A stretch of 64,000 nt of DNA from Spirochaetota bacterium (GTDB lineage Bacteria; Spirochaetota; UBA4802; JAFGDQ01): NCBI GenBank assembly GCA_043803405.1, contig JAZDKB010000019.1, positions 1-64,000 of the forward strand. The letters are read 5' to 3'. The notes beneath the pieces are model-generated. The model was given only the letters and a program-made list of their open reading frames with translations. It was not told where the DNA came from and did not search any database. Made by a program: the position numbers and the translations under genes. How positions within the stretch are numbered: position 1 is the first letter of the stretch; every line of letters starts with the position of its first letter. This document shows positions 51,181-60,798 of the stretch, one piece after another.

Positions 51181-52206
51181 TTAAGACTCAATAAATTTAC
51201 ATAATTCTATCAATTGATCTCTTGCATCAAATAAATCTTGTACTTCTGCTGATTCTCTTTCGTCTCTTAATTTTTGAGATTCTGACCATTGCATTGACAT
51301 AATCTTATTTGATAATTCTTTTGCTAATTGTTCTAATTTTGCATTTAGTAAGAATAAATTATCAGTTGGTTGAGGTGGGGCAATGGCATCCAATGCTTTT
51401 TGGACAGCATCTTTACCCTTTGTTTTTATAAATATTTCCCTGCTTTCTTTTTTAGGTAGAATAACAGGTAATTTCCTTACGTCTTCTAATCGTTTAAATT
51501 TTAAATCAATAACCCATTTTGCAAAATCTTTAAACGTAAAATTAGCATCGACTATAGCTTTTTTTACAGGAGTTCTCTGTAATTCAACAAAAGCTGAAAA
51601 CCTTGATGGATCAAAGTCGGAATCACTTTCAAGTTGAGACTTATATTCGTTTTCCATTACCAAATATGCTTCAATATAATCCTCTACTTCTTTTTTTCGT
51701 CCCCCGCAAAAATCAATTATCTGATTCATTGTAAGATGCTCAGAGTTTCTCAAATATTCAAGATATTTGGCTTTTGAGTACGGGTCCCATGCTCTTGGAC
51801 CAACAAGATGAGATTGTAACCTAATAGCATCAATTTCTTCTGGTGTCATTGCTTTATAAACAATAGATAGTATTTTATCCCATTTTCCGGGTATTTTTTT
51901 ATCATGGAACTCTTTATAAATTGCCAACCGAGTATTCCCTTCGATTACAACATATTTCTTATCAGACTTATCATTTACAATGATTGGATGTATAATCCCA
52001 CCATTAGTTTTAATAGACGTCTTTAAACTTTGAAAAGTGACACCATTCCCATCCGTTTGACTATCCCCAACTCCTAATGCCAATGCAATTTGTTCACTTG
52101 GGATATCATCACCATAAAATTCCAAGAATTGAGCAATACGAGGATTTGACTTATCTAATTCAATATCCTTTATTGGAATTAATTTAATACTATATTCTAT
52201 ATTCAT
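51181..52206 (-). CDS. ParB/Srx N-terminal domain protein
   Basis: LDKSNPR, GGIIHPIIV, VIEGNTRL, WDPYSKA. Confidence 0.75.
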   Translation of the reverse strand: MNIEYSIKLIPIKDIELDKSNPRIAQFLEFYGDDIPSEQIALALGVGDSQTDGNGVTFQSLKTSIKTNGGIIHPIIVNDKSDKKYVVIEGNTRLAIYKEFHDKKIPGKWDKILSIVYKAMTPEEIDAIRLQSHLVGPRAWDPYSKAKYLEYLRNSEHLTMNQIIDFCGGRKKEVEDYIEAYLVMENEYKSQLESDSDFDPSRFSAFVELQRTPVKKAIVDANFTFKDFAKWVIDLKFKRLEDVRKLPVILPKKESREIFIKTKGKDAVQKALDAIAPPQPTDNLFLLNAKLEQLAKELSNKIMSMQWSESQKLRDERESAEVQDLFDARDQLIELCKFIES

Positions 52207-52570
52207 ATTTACCTCTTAATTTATGAGTTTAGATAATGACCAATTATTATTTCCATTATAAAGTTTTAGAATTAGGCGATTTTAATAACATTGCTTTATA
52301 ATTTTAATAATAGAAAAATATATTTTCTAAATTACAAGGACAATTTAAAAATAATTCAGTTTTTGAATCCTCTTTCAGAGTAATTATTTTAATAGTTATC
52401 TGAAATAAAATTTTTATAAAAGAACTTGATGATTTATAAATATTTTTATATATTTCCATCAAATAAAACGAGACATAATATAGCGGTTCAGGAATTAGAA
52501 ATAATTGTTCAAATTAAACGATACAAATGTTATTTTTAACTATTTAGGATTATATTCGGAGATATTATAA

Positions 52571-53893
52571 ATGGAAATGTTAAATAGCAGAGAACTATCT
52601 ATTTGTATATGGATAGGAATTTCATTTATTATATGCATAATATTTTTTTCCAAGATAAAAAAATCTATTTTTGATGTGCTTAAAGCATTTTTCTGTGCAA
52701 AGTTACTCATCCCTCTATTATTTATGACCATTTATATAATGGGTTGCATTTATGGTTTAAATTACCTTAGACTTTGGAATACCGATCAAATAAAGAATAC
52801 AATTATCTGGTATTTGACAACTGCTGTTGTAACATATTTTAATAGTCTTGAAATTGCAAATGAGCTTCATTATATAAGAAAATGGATTAAAGATAATTTA
52901 AAAGTAATAGTCTTTCTCCAATTCATATTCAATTTTTATACTTTTCACATTATCATTGAATTTTTATCTGTACCAATTTTTTTCATAATTGGCGGAATGC
53001 AGGGATTTATTCAATCAGAGAAAAATAATAAAAACACAAAATTATTAAAACCTCTTAATTTTTTAATCGCATTATATGTTATATCAGTAATAATATTTAC
53101 TGTATATAGTTTAGTTACAAATTTCAATGAATTTGCTCAATTAAAAACTATCTACGATTTTGTAGTCCCAATAATACTTTCATTATTGATATTACCGTTT
53201 ATTTGCATATTATCTATATTTTCTGATTATGAAATCGCATTTTTAAATTTTAAACATCATTTAAAGGATATATCTTTATTGAGATTTGCTAAGATAAAAT
53301 CATTGATAAAATTTCACATGAAGTCAAAAAATTTATTAAGATGGTCAAGTAATTTATTCACAGAAAATATTTCATCAAAGTCAGATATACTTACTTCAAT
53401 TGAAAACTTTAAAAAACTACTTCTTATCGAAAAAAATCCCCCATCTGTTTCTCCTGACAAAGGTTGGTCTCCATATTCTGCTATTAAATTCCTTGATTCT
53501 GAAGGAATAAAAACAGGGCATTATAAACATTCAATAGATGATGAGTGGTTTGCGTGTTCTCCTCACACTGAAATCAATAAAGGGAAAAACTTTTTATCAA
53601 ATAACGTCTCTTATTATGTTGAAGGTAGTTCCAGTATAGCCAAAAAGCTATTATTAGTTTTGGATATATTTGAATTAGAAAATAGTAAAGACGCAGTTAA
53701 ACTATTTTTACACTTGATAAGAATATTATTTAAAAAATCAACAGAGAAAGAACTCCCTCATGATTTTGAAAAGGCTATTATGAACAGAATAGATTCTGAA
53801 TCTGTAATCGATGCATTTAAAATTATATTAAAGAAAAATAATACACTGACTAACAAAGCATATTTTTTAGAATTTTCAATCGAGAAGATTTAA
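52571..53893 (+). CDS. Multi-pass membrane protein with soluble C-terminal domain
   Basis: About six to seven TM helices in the N-terminal half. Confidence 0.65.
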   Translation: MEMLNSRELSICIWIGISFIICIIFFSKIKKSIFDVLKAFFCAKLLIPLLFMTIYIMGCIYGLNYLRLWNTDQIKNTIIWYLTTAVVTYFNSLEIANELHYIRKWIKDNLKVIVFLQFIFNFYTFHIIIEFLSVPIFFIIGGMQGFIQSEKNNKNTKLLKPLNFLIALYVISVIIFTVYSLVTNFNEFAQLKTIYDFVVPIILSLLILPFICILSIFSDYEIAFLNFKHHLKDISLLRFAKIKSLIKFHMKSKNLLRWSSNLFTENISSKSDILTSIENFKKLLLIEKNPPSVSPDKGWSPYSAIKFLDSEGIKTGHYKHSIDDEWFACSPHTEINKGKNFLSNNVSYYVEGSSSIAKKLLLVLDIFELENSKDAVKLFLHLIRILFKKSTEKELPHDFEKAIMNRIDSESVIDAFKIILKKNNTLTNKAYFLEFSIEKI

Positions 53894-53944
53894 TGCAAAA
53901 AACAGATAATTATTCTCTGACATTTGATGTTAAATGAGACAGTA

Positions 53945-55096
53945 ATGAAAACAGGTAGAAATGAACCTTGCCCTTGTGGTAGCGGATTAAAATATAAGAA
54001 GTGTCATGGTTCACCAAACATGAAGAACAAAATCTTTAATTCTACAATTAACCAAATAAATCAAGAAATTATTAAACAAAAAGTAAGAGAAGATAAACTG
54101 GGTGATGTTCGACCTACGATAAGTACTGAATTTAAAGGACGTAAAATAGTTGCTGTTGGCAACCAAATACATTACGCCCCCAGAGAGAGATGGAAAACAT
54201 TCCATGACTTTCTTTTTGACTATATAAAGCATTGTTTTGGTATCGAATGGGCGAATAAGGAATTGAAGAAAAAATATGAAGAGATGCATTCGATATTACA
54301 ATGGTATCAGGACTTATGTAAATTTCAACAAGCACATATGGTTGAGAAACATGAAATATATTCCGCTGATAGCACTGGTTCTGTAGGAGCCTACCTTGCC
54401 TTGGCATATGATTTATATATATTGAGACATCACTTAGCTTTACAAGAGCGACTAATTACCAGATTAAAAGATAAGAAGCAGTTTCAGGGTGCTCGTTATG
54501 AGGTATATGTAACTTCATCTTTTATTAAAGCAGGTTTTGATATATCATTTGAAGATGAAACGGATAGGACGATTTCACATTGTGAATTTGTAGCTACTCA
54601 TAAAGCATCAGGTAACAAATATTCGGTTGAGGCAAAAAGCCGTCATAGAAAAGGATTGCTTGGACAAGATGGTGAGCAAAGAAATTGGGATGATCAAAAA
54701 TTATGGATAGGAACTCTTCTAAGAGATGCTTTAAAAAAAAGTGCTTCATATCCGAGAATCATTTTCATCGATGTTAATATGCCCCCTGAAAAAGGAGAAG
54801 TGTTTAAGAAGAGTTGGGTAGATGGCTTGATGAAAGAAGTAAGCCGTGTTGAAGTTGATATTATTAGTGGGGTACCCTGTCCCCCTGCATATTTATACTT
54901 CACAAACCATCCAAATCATTACGTAGGTAACAATGAAGTTGAACCAGCAAAAGATTTCTTTTTTACGGCAATCAACATCCAAGAATTTAAACAAGGTAGT
55001 ATTGAAAATGCAAGAAAAACACATCTTCATCAATTTATACTTTGGGATTCAATAAATTCTCACTGTAAAATTCCAGAGAGCTTTGAGAATTCGTAA
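53945..55096 (+). CDS. SEC-C motif protein with possible PD-(D/E)xK-like domain
   Basis: [19 protein letters not shown]; later CEF...VEAKSR. Confidence 0.7.
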   Translation: MKTGRNEPCPCGSGLKYKKCHGSPNMKNKIFNSTINQINQEIIKQKVREDKLGDVRPTISTEFKGRKIVAVGNQIHYAPRERWKTFHDFLFDYIKHCFGIEWANKELKKKYEEMHSILQWYQDLCKFQQAHMVEKHEIYSADSTGSVGAYLALAYDLYILRHHLALQERLITRLKDKKQFQGARYEVYVTSSFIKAGFDISFEDETDRTISHCEFVATHKASGNKYSVEAKSRHRKGLLGQDGEQRNWDDQKLWIGTLLRDALKKSASYPRIIFIDVNMPPEKGEVFKKSWVDGLMKEVSRVEVDIISGVPCPPAYLYFTNHPNHYVGNNEVEPAKDFFFTAINIQEFKQGSIENARKTHLHQFILWDSINSHCKIPESFENS

Positions 55097-55165
55097 AAAT
55101 TTCAATTTCAGTTCGTTATCTTATAAAGTATGCCCAGTGGTACACATAACTTCAACTTTAAATAT

Positions 55166-55184
55166 AAGTTGACGTATAGTTGAC
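55166..55184. promoter_or_regulatory. Putative integrase arm-type sites (right)
   Basis: AAGTTGACGTATAGTTGAC. Confidence 0.6.
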
Positions 55185-55323
55185 CAGCTCAATCCACGTT
55201 AAATAATTTAAAGCAAAGTATATCAATTTTCTCCTATATTTTTAATAATTTTTGTTTAATTTTTAAATCAATTTTACACATATTCAAACAATTTACAGCA
55301 AACCTAATTAAGATTGCATATTT

Positions 55324-55372
55324 GCTTGAATCGCACTCAAGAGGTAGAGGGTTCGACTCCCTTCAGCTCCAA
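55324..55372 (+). repeat. attR core (49 bp; duplicated 3' part of tRNA-Ala)
   Basis: GCTTGAATCGCACTCAAGAGGTAGAGGGTTCGACTCCCTTCAGCTCCAA, identical to 31081-31129. Confidence 0.92.
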
Positions 55373-55486
55373 AAAAGAAGTTGTCCCAAAAGAATGCCAC
55401 AGAGTCACTGAGGCACAAATCCCCCTTTCAAATTTACTGTATATAATATGTCTTTTAAAATTTTCCTCTCCCGAAAGTTATTTTTA

Positions 55487-55924
55487 TCAGCCATAGCTGA
55501 ATTGATGTGGCTTTACAGCATTCCGGAACGTGAAGCGAAGGTGAAGCGAAGCTGAAACGGAGGGGAAGCGAAGCATTCCGGCAGAGGGTATCTTTCTTTG
55601 TTGTGAAATAATGTTAAGAGAATTATATTTATATCCTGCCGGAATACGCTCTTTCATAAAGTCCGATATATAAAGATTATACCCGCTCATGTTCAGATTG
55701 CGCGCTTTTCTATTATATTTATTTTTTTCTTCTTCAGCTAAAGCCTGCCATGATTTAACAGCTTTTGCAAATGATTGTCTGTTCCTTCTCTGGGTAAAAG
55801 TATTCGGATTGCATGGTATTATATAGCTGCGTATGCATTGCGTATTCAGTCTTTTATACCACACAACATTGCCCGCACGTCCGCTTACTTTGCTGAACAA
55901 TGGATTTAGAGTTATTATTGCCAT
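55487..55924 (-). CDS. Small basic hypothetical protein
   Basis: VSGRAGNVV...NPNT..Q...R..F..AV..WQ...GYNLYIS. Confidence 0.6.
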   Translation of the reverse strand: MAIITLNPLFSKVSGRAGNVVWYKRLNTQCIRSYIIPCNPNTFTQRRNRQSFAKAVKSWQALAEEEKNKYNRKARNLNMSGYNLYISDFMKERIPAGYKYNSLNIISQQRKIPSAGMLRFPSVSASLHLRFTFRNAVKPHQFSYG

Positions 55925-56066
55925 AAATTTATCCTGTTAACAGCAGGAAACTCGATCCCCTGCTATAAAATATCCCCTCATATATATATACGATTTTAGG
56001 TCACGTTTTTGTGACTTAACAATGAGGATTGTTTAGAAATACCAGAGAAATAAGATTTTTTTTTGA

Positions 56067-56273
56067 TTTTTAAGAAAAAAATTATTAACGGGGGAAATAG
56101 AAAAGAGAAACTGCAAGGACGGTGTTAATATAATTCTTCCTGAATATATGCTGAAGAAATACGAGGGAGATCCTCTCAAAGTTGATTTTGATTTAAAAAA
56201 TGCGAAGTATAAAATTTATCAGAAATCAGGAGATAAGATTATTTCTTCAGGCAGCCTAATGCTTGAATTATAA
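56067..56273 (+). pseudogene. Start-less open frame, probable gene remnant
   Basis: 68 sense codons (...LTGEIEKRNCKDG...SGSLMLEL*) with an upstream in-frame stop and no start codon at its 5' end. Confidence 0.3.
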
Positions 56274-56323
56274 TGTAAATAGTAGCCTATTTTAAATAAT
56301 TCTTGCTTTTCTCGTCTTTTACT

Positions 56324-56361
56324 CTTCACTATTTGGCCTGTATTGCGTTTTATTTATCGGT
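56324..56361 (+). repeat. 38-bp direct repeat, copy 1
   Basis: CTTCACTATTTGGCCTGTATTGCGTTTTATTTATCGGT; 36/38 to 59523-59560. Confidence 0.85.
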
Positions 56362-56459
56362 CTAATGTAAATGCTCGTTAATCAATAAAAAAAGTTGATC
56401 TTCTGAATGGGAATATTGTACTTTCCTGTATTGACATAAAAACTTTGGAGAGGTGATGT

Positions 56460-57914
56460 ATGCATAAAGAGAAGAAATGTATAGTAATAACCTCGGAACA
56501 GTTCAAAAATGAAATATTAAAACCCGGGCAGAAAGCCATAGCTGTCGGGACAATTGTGGGGATATCGCTTTTTTCGAGTGGGTGCGCTACTTTTTATGAT
56601 GCAAGAGATGAGAGATCTGTTGTAAAAATTGAGAAATACGCTGAAAGCAATGATGTTGAGGTTAGAAAGGGAGTCGCAGAGAATAAAAATACACCAGCCG
56701 GAGTATTAAAGAAACTTGCCAGTGATCCTGACACCTGGGTTAGGGTAGGAGTCGCAAAGAATAAGAATACACCTGTTGGAGTATTGGAAAAACTTGCCAG
56801 TGATCGTGATACCTGGGTTAGAAGAGCCGTAGCATCAAGTGAAAACACACCTGTAAAATTACTGGTAATACTTACTTATGATTCTAATTCGAATATAAGA
56901 AGTGATGTCGCAAAGAATAAAAACACGCCCGCAAGTTTACTGGAGAAACTCTCTATCGATGATCCATATAGTGTCGCAGAAAATGAAAACACGCCAGTCA
57001 GTATATTGGAGAAACTATCTAATAATCCTAGTCCTTATGTTAGGAGGAATTTGGTAAGTAATAAAAACACACCCATAAGTGTACTGGAAAAACTCTCTAA
57101 CGATTCTGATATTGATGTACTGTGTGCTGTCGCAAATAGTAATCATACACCATTAAGTATCGTGAAAAAAATCTATTATTCACTAGAAGGAAAGGGCTAT
57201 TCCAAGTCTATGCCTGCTGCCAAGTCTAGAATCAACAGCGAAAAAGAAAGTATTGCTTATGAAGAACAGAGGTTAAGGGACATTAATATAAGAAAATCAG
57301 CTGATCCCAAAACCCCTCCTGATATACTTGAACAGCTCGCCAGTGATCATTATAACGATATAAGGTGCAACGTTGCACAAAACAACAATACGCCTATACG
57401 TGTTCTTGAAAAACTTTCTAATGACTCTGAAGAGCGTGTAAGGAATTGCATTCCATATAATGTTAGGGAAAAGTTTTATGAGGATAATAAGAAAAAAGCA
57501 AATGATCAGAATACATCTGCTAATGAACTTGAAAAACTCGCAGCTAATTTAAAATCTGAAATAAGAAAAGCTGTTGCTGCTAACCGGAAAACCTCACTAA
57601 GTGTACTTGAACAGCTCGCAAACGATTCTGATCAGGATGTAAGACTTGCTGTTGAAAATAACAGCAACACCCCAGCCAGTGTTAAGAAAAAACTTGCCGT
57701 AAGAAGAGAAGAAGAAAAGAAATTAGCCGAAAAACAACTTGCCGAGAAGATAAGACTCGAACAGGCTGCGAAAAAGTATCAGGGTTCCGGGAGTACGGGA
57801 TGCTCTGGCTGTACTGGTTGTATATACAGCTGTACAGTAAAATGTACGTATGGTTGCACATTTGGTTGTACTGCATACTGTACTGCTTACTGTACTGTAA
57901 TGACGGCGAGGTGA
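56460..57914 (+). CDS. LRV/HEAT-like repeat lipoprotein with C-terminal Cys-repeat (putative radical SAM target) tail
   Basis: GGAGAGG RBS; hydrophobic segment ending LFSSGC; ~26-aa VR..VA.N.NTP..VLEKL repeats; tail CSGCTGCIYSCTVKCTYGCTFGCTAYCTAYC. Confidence 0.8.
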   Translation: MHKEKKCIVITSEQFKNEILKPGQKAIAVGTIVGISLFSSGCATFYDARDERSVVKIEKYAESNDVEVRKGVAENKNTPAGVLKKLASDPDTWVRVGVAKNKNTPVGVLEKLASDRDTWVRRAVASSENTPVKLLVILTYDSNSNIRSDVAKNKNTPASLLEKLSIDDPYSVAENENTPVSILEKLSNNPSPYVRRNLVSNKNTPISVLEKLSNDSDIDVLCAVANSNHTPLSIVKKIYYSLEGKGYSKSMPAAKSRINSEKESIAYEEQRLRDINIRKSADPKTPPDILEQLASDHYNDIRCNVAQNNNTPIRVLEKLSNDSEERVRNCIPYNVREKFYEDNKKKANDQNTSANELEKLAANLKSEIRKAVAANRKTSLSVLEQLANDSDQDVRLAVENNSNTPASVKKKLAVRREEEKKLAEKQLAEKIRLEQAAKKYQGSGSTGCSGCTGCIYSCTVKCTYGCTFGCTAYCTAYCTVMTAR

Positions 57915-58003
57915 ACATCGCGCAGTATTCATTGTACTTCCAATCGTGTATACTGAGGATTTTTTAAGTACATACATCCGCTGTAACCGGAGTTTAAAAT
58001 TCA

Positions 58004-59452
58004 ATGTCTTCCAATAAATCATTACAAAAGTTCCAAACGGCATCTGAAATTGTCTACCTCAATAAAAATGGCGATACAATTTTCTTTAATGCCGAAAATG
58101 TAAATCCTGTATATTTCCCTCAAGGCGGCGATGATGCAAAATCGATAATCCGGTCGCTGAAAGATAAAGGGTCGTTTACATCTGAGTCAGCCGCAACTGT
58201 ATGCCCGGCTGAACTCTTTGACTTCTTTCTTGAGCATAACATTATAGTTGAGAAGAATCAGAATTTCCAGAATACAGTCAAAAAGTGCGATAACTGCGAA
58301 TGCGGACAGAAGTCTGTGAGCCGCAGCATGTATCTGCTGCTCAGTCATTCATGCAACCAGAAATGTATATACTGCCTTAACGGCCGGGAAACCTACAATT
58401 CAGATCATGGCATGATGATGACAGAGGGAGTTGCTTTTAAATCGGTAAAAACAGTTTACGATTCAATATCCCCTTATGGCAATCTTGAAATTGTTTTTTT
58501 CGGAGGTGAACCGCTTCTTAACTGGTCGCTTGCAAAAAAAGTGATTCATTACTGCGAGGGTATTTTGAAGCCCTCCTCTCCGGACAAAAAGGTTAATTAT
58601 CATCTCACGACAAATCTGACTTTATTCCCTGATGATCTCGTTGAATACGCGCTTATGTATAACATTACTTTTCTTGTAAATATTGACGGCCCGGAAGAGA
58701 TTCATAATAAAACCAGGCCTTTCCTGAACGGCAGCGGAAGCTTCAAAAGATCCGTTGAAAATATTTCGCGACTGAATAAAGCAGGAATATCAGTTGCTCT
58801 CAGGGCTACCGTTACAAAATATAATCAGCATCGCATGCTTGAAGTTACAAGAACGCATAAAGATATCGGCGGAGCCGGTTCTGCTTTTGTCCCGCTTAAT
58901 GCTATAGATTCCGACGAAGAAACCCTGCCTGCTGATTTATGCCCTGACCCGAAAGTGTTCTCAAAAGGGCTGCAGGACGTTTATAATTCAGGCATTTGGG
59001 AAACTCAAAATCTTTATCCATTCAATGAATATACCGGAAGACTTGTTCCGGGTTATCGCAATACATGGGCATGTGGGGCACCTCATGGTAACACCCCTGT
59101 TATCACCGCGGATGGAGATATTTTTTCATGTATATATCTTGTGGGGATTGAACGATTTAAAATCGGCCATATCAACAACAACGAATTTCCTTTTGCATCC
59201 GTAGTCAATGATATGCTTGAGATAACTAACGTAAATAGTTCTGAAGAATGTGCCAACTGTGGCTTCCGATATCTATGCGGCGGTGGTTGTCCAGTTGGGC
59301 GATTTACCATCGCGGGCAATCCGAATGCTTCGGAAGAGATTAAACTTTACACTCGCGAAATTTCCTGCGCTGTGAGTAAAACAGTTCTGACGGAACTTAT
59401 CTGGAGCTTTGCGAAACAGAAAAAGGATATGCTGCATCTTGGAAGGCGATAA
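58004..59452 (+). CDS. Radical SAM/SPASM peptide/protein maturase
   Basis: CNQKCIYC, FFGGEPLL, TTN, IDGP..IH; SPASM CGA...DGDIFSC...CANC..RYLCGGGCP...C; ~100-aa N-terminal extension. Confidence 0.92.
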   Translation: MSSNKSLQKFQTASEIVYLNKNGDTIFFNAENVNPVYFPQGGDDAKSIIRSLKDKGSFTSESAATVCPAELFDFFLEHNIIVEKNQNFQNTVKKCDNCECGQKSVSRSMYLLLSHSCNQKCIYCLNGRETYNSDHGMMMTEGVAFKSVKTVYDSISPYGNLEIVFFGGEPLLNWSLAKKVIHYCEGILKPSSPDKKVNYHLTTNLTLFPDDLVEYALMYNITFLVNIDGPEEIHNKTRPFLNGSGSFKRSVENISRLNKAGISVALRATVTKYNQHRMLEVTRTHKDIGGAGSAFVPLNAIDSDEETLPADLCPDPKVFSKGLQDVYNSGIWETQNLYPFNEYTGRLVPGYRNTWACGAPHGNTPVITADGDIFSCIYLVGIERFKIGHINNNEFPFASVVNDMLEITNVNSSEECANCGFRYLCGGGCPVGRFTIAGNPNASEEIKLYTREISCAVSKTVLTELIWSFAKQKKDMLHLGRR

Positions 59453-59522
59453 TTTTAGTCTTTTCTGCTTACCAGGGGATATTGTTTATTTCAGTAAGTT
59501 CTTGATTTTTTCTGTTTTTATG

Positions 59523-59560
59523 CTTCACCATTTGGCCTGTATTGCGTTTTATTTATTGGT
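59523..59560 (+). repeat. 38-bp direct repeat, copy 2
   Basis: CTTCACCATTTGGCCTGTATTGCGTTTTATTTATTGGT. Confidence 0.85.
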
Positions 59561-59708
59561 ATAGTGTTACTAACCGTTCTTTCTAAAGTATTTTTATTAT
59601 TTTAATCTGTGTTTCTGACAATCGGCTCTGTGCAATTCAGTAAGTTATCCCGTGGATTATTGATTAATAAAAAGACAAATTGTAAATACATAACTCCGGA
59701 TCTTTAAT

Positions 59709-60317
59709 ATGCTGATCGATAAAATATTTTACGGGAAATATATAGAATACATTATACTTTTCATATTATCTATACCGTTGGCGATTGGACTTCTGAAATA
59801 TTTTTTCATGCTGCGAAAAAATACATACATGAAAAAGTCAAAAGCAATTGACTATCTGCTATCTATCGCAATGGTATTTATATCTTTGTTTCTATATGCT
59901 TATCAGGACGAAATAACAAGAAACACGAAAGTCTGGATTGTTATTCAGGGAGAAAAGAATCCGGTTAAAATTGAAAAAGTATTATTATTCAAAGGCACTG
60001 ATTTTTATTCCGTAGAAGGAAAGCATTTCAGGATCAAAACCAATCCTTCGGGTTATGCTGTTGTAAATGATTCGGACAGAATACTCATACTTGAGCCTGT
60101 CGTATATTCCCAGGTGAGTGTTCTGCCGGAAGCAGCTCAAAAATTTAAAAATTTCCATTTTAATAACTATGTAGAAAAAGGCAGCATAATATATTTTCAA
60201 AAACTTAAGTATTTTGGTTTCGAAGATGAAGCTCCTCCCGAATCAAGGGAAATTTCGATTCAGGGAAACGAACCCGGTTTTGGAAGGATGGAACTGGAAT
60301 GCTGGCTCAGATGGTAA
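59709..60317 (+). CDS. Hypothetical membrane protein (2 TM plus soluble domain)
   Basis: 202-aa ORF. Confidence 0.6.
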   Translation: MLIDKIFYGKYIEYIILFILSIPLAIGLLKYFFMLRKNTYMKKSKAIDYLLSIAMVFISLFLYAYQDEITRNTKVWIVIQGEKNPVKIEKVLLFKGTDFYSVEGKHFRIKTNPSGYAVVNDSDRILILEPVVYSQVSVLPEAAQKFKNFHFNNYVEKGSIIYFQKLKYFGFEDEAPPESREISIQGNEPGFGRMELECWLRW

Positions 60318-60351
60318 TATTAATCTATCAAACAATTTATTATCTAAATCA

Positions 60352-60798
60352 ATGAAAAACATAATCAATAAAATCGATGTATTCTTGCATGACAAGCGTA
60401 TCTTTAACCGGCCATTAGGCTTGTGGGTAGTACTTATCATTCTTGGAATGTGGAGTATTGCGAAAGCGGTGGATTATATCATGTTTATTTTTGGAGCGGC
60501 TTCTATCCCTGAAATAATAGCCAGCACCGTAATAATTCCTATAAATTTATATTGTATTACCGGGTTGTGGAATTATAAAAGAAAAGCCTTTGAGGCTGTA
60601 AAATACTGGCTCTGGCTTTCCTATATACTCGCGGTATTCATTTTACCAGGGTATGTATCGGTATTTCCGGAAGAGCGGGGAGATGCACGGTTGTTAATGG
60701 CAGTTATTATGTCACCAGTTCTTATAGCATGGATAATCTTAAGATTTTCATCATTGAAATCAATGTTCAAAGATGATGAAAACAAAAAAATCAAATGA
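60352..60798 (+). CDS. Hypothetical 4-TM membrane protein
   Basis: Likely start MKNIINK; RPLGLWVV; overlaps the next gene. Confidence 0.6.
   Translation: MKNIINKIDVFLHDKRIFNRPLGLWVVLIILGMWSIAKAVDYIMFIFGAASIPEIIASTVIIPINLYCITGLWNYKRKAFEAVKYWLWLSYILAVFILPGYVSVFPEERGDARLLMAVIMSPVLIAWIILRFSSLKSMFKDDENKKIK

Larger units (their letters stand above)
31081..55372. mobile_element. Integrative element/genomic island in tRNA-Ala (~24.3 kb)
   Basis: 49-bp direct repeats, adjacent tyrosine integrase and excisionase, matching arm-like motifs at both ends, visibly AT-richer than the left flank. Confidence 0.9.

Noticed and set aside
31081..55372. Prophage call for the island
   Set aside because: No terminase, capsid, portal, tail or lysis genes recognisable; called an integrative element instead.
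55314..55496. 60-aa ORF or second tRNA-Ala gene
   Set aside because: It is the attR duplication; it lacks the 5' acceptor strand and D arm, and the ORF is incidental.
56333..56346. TTGGC...TTGC in the 38-bp repeat as a sigma-54 promoter
   Set aside because: Only 5 nt between TGGC and TTGC; the -24/-12 consensus needs 7.
56660..56830. 78-bp tandem DNA repeats
   Set aside because: Explained by the 26-aa LRV coding repeats.
57912..57956. Selenocysteine read-through of the TGA ending the Cys-tail protein
   Set aside because: The TGA is not in the CxxxC register, no convincing SECIS hairpin follows, and read-through adds only 13 residues.
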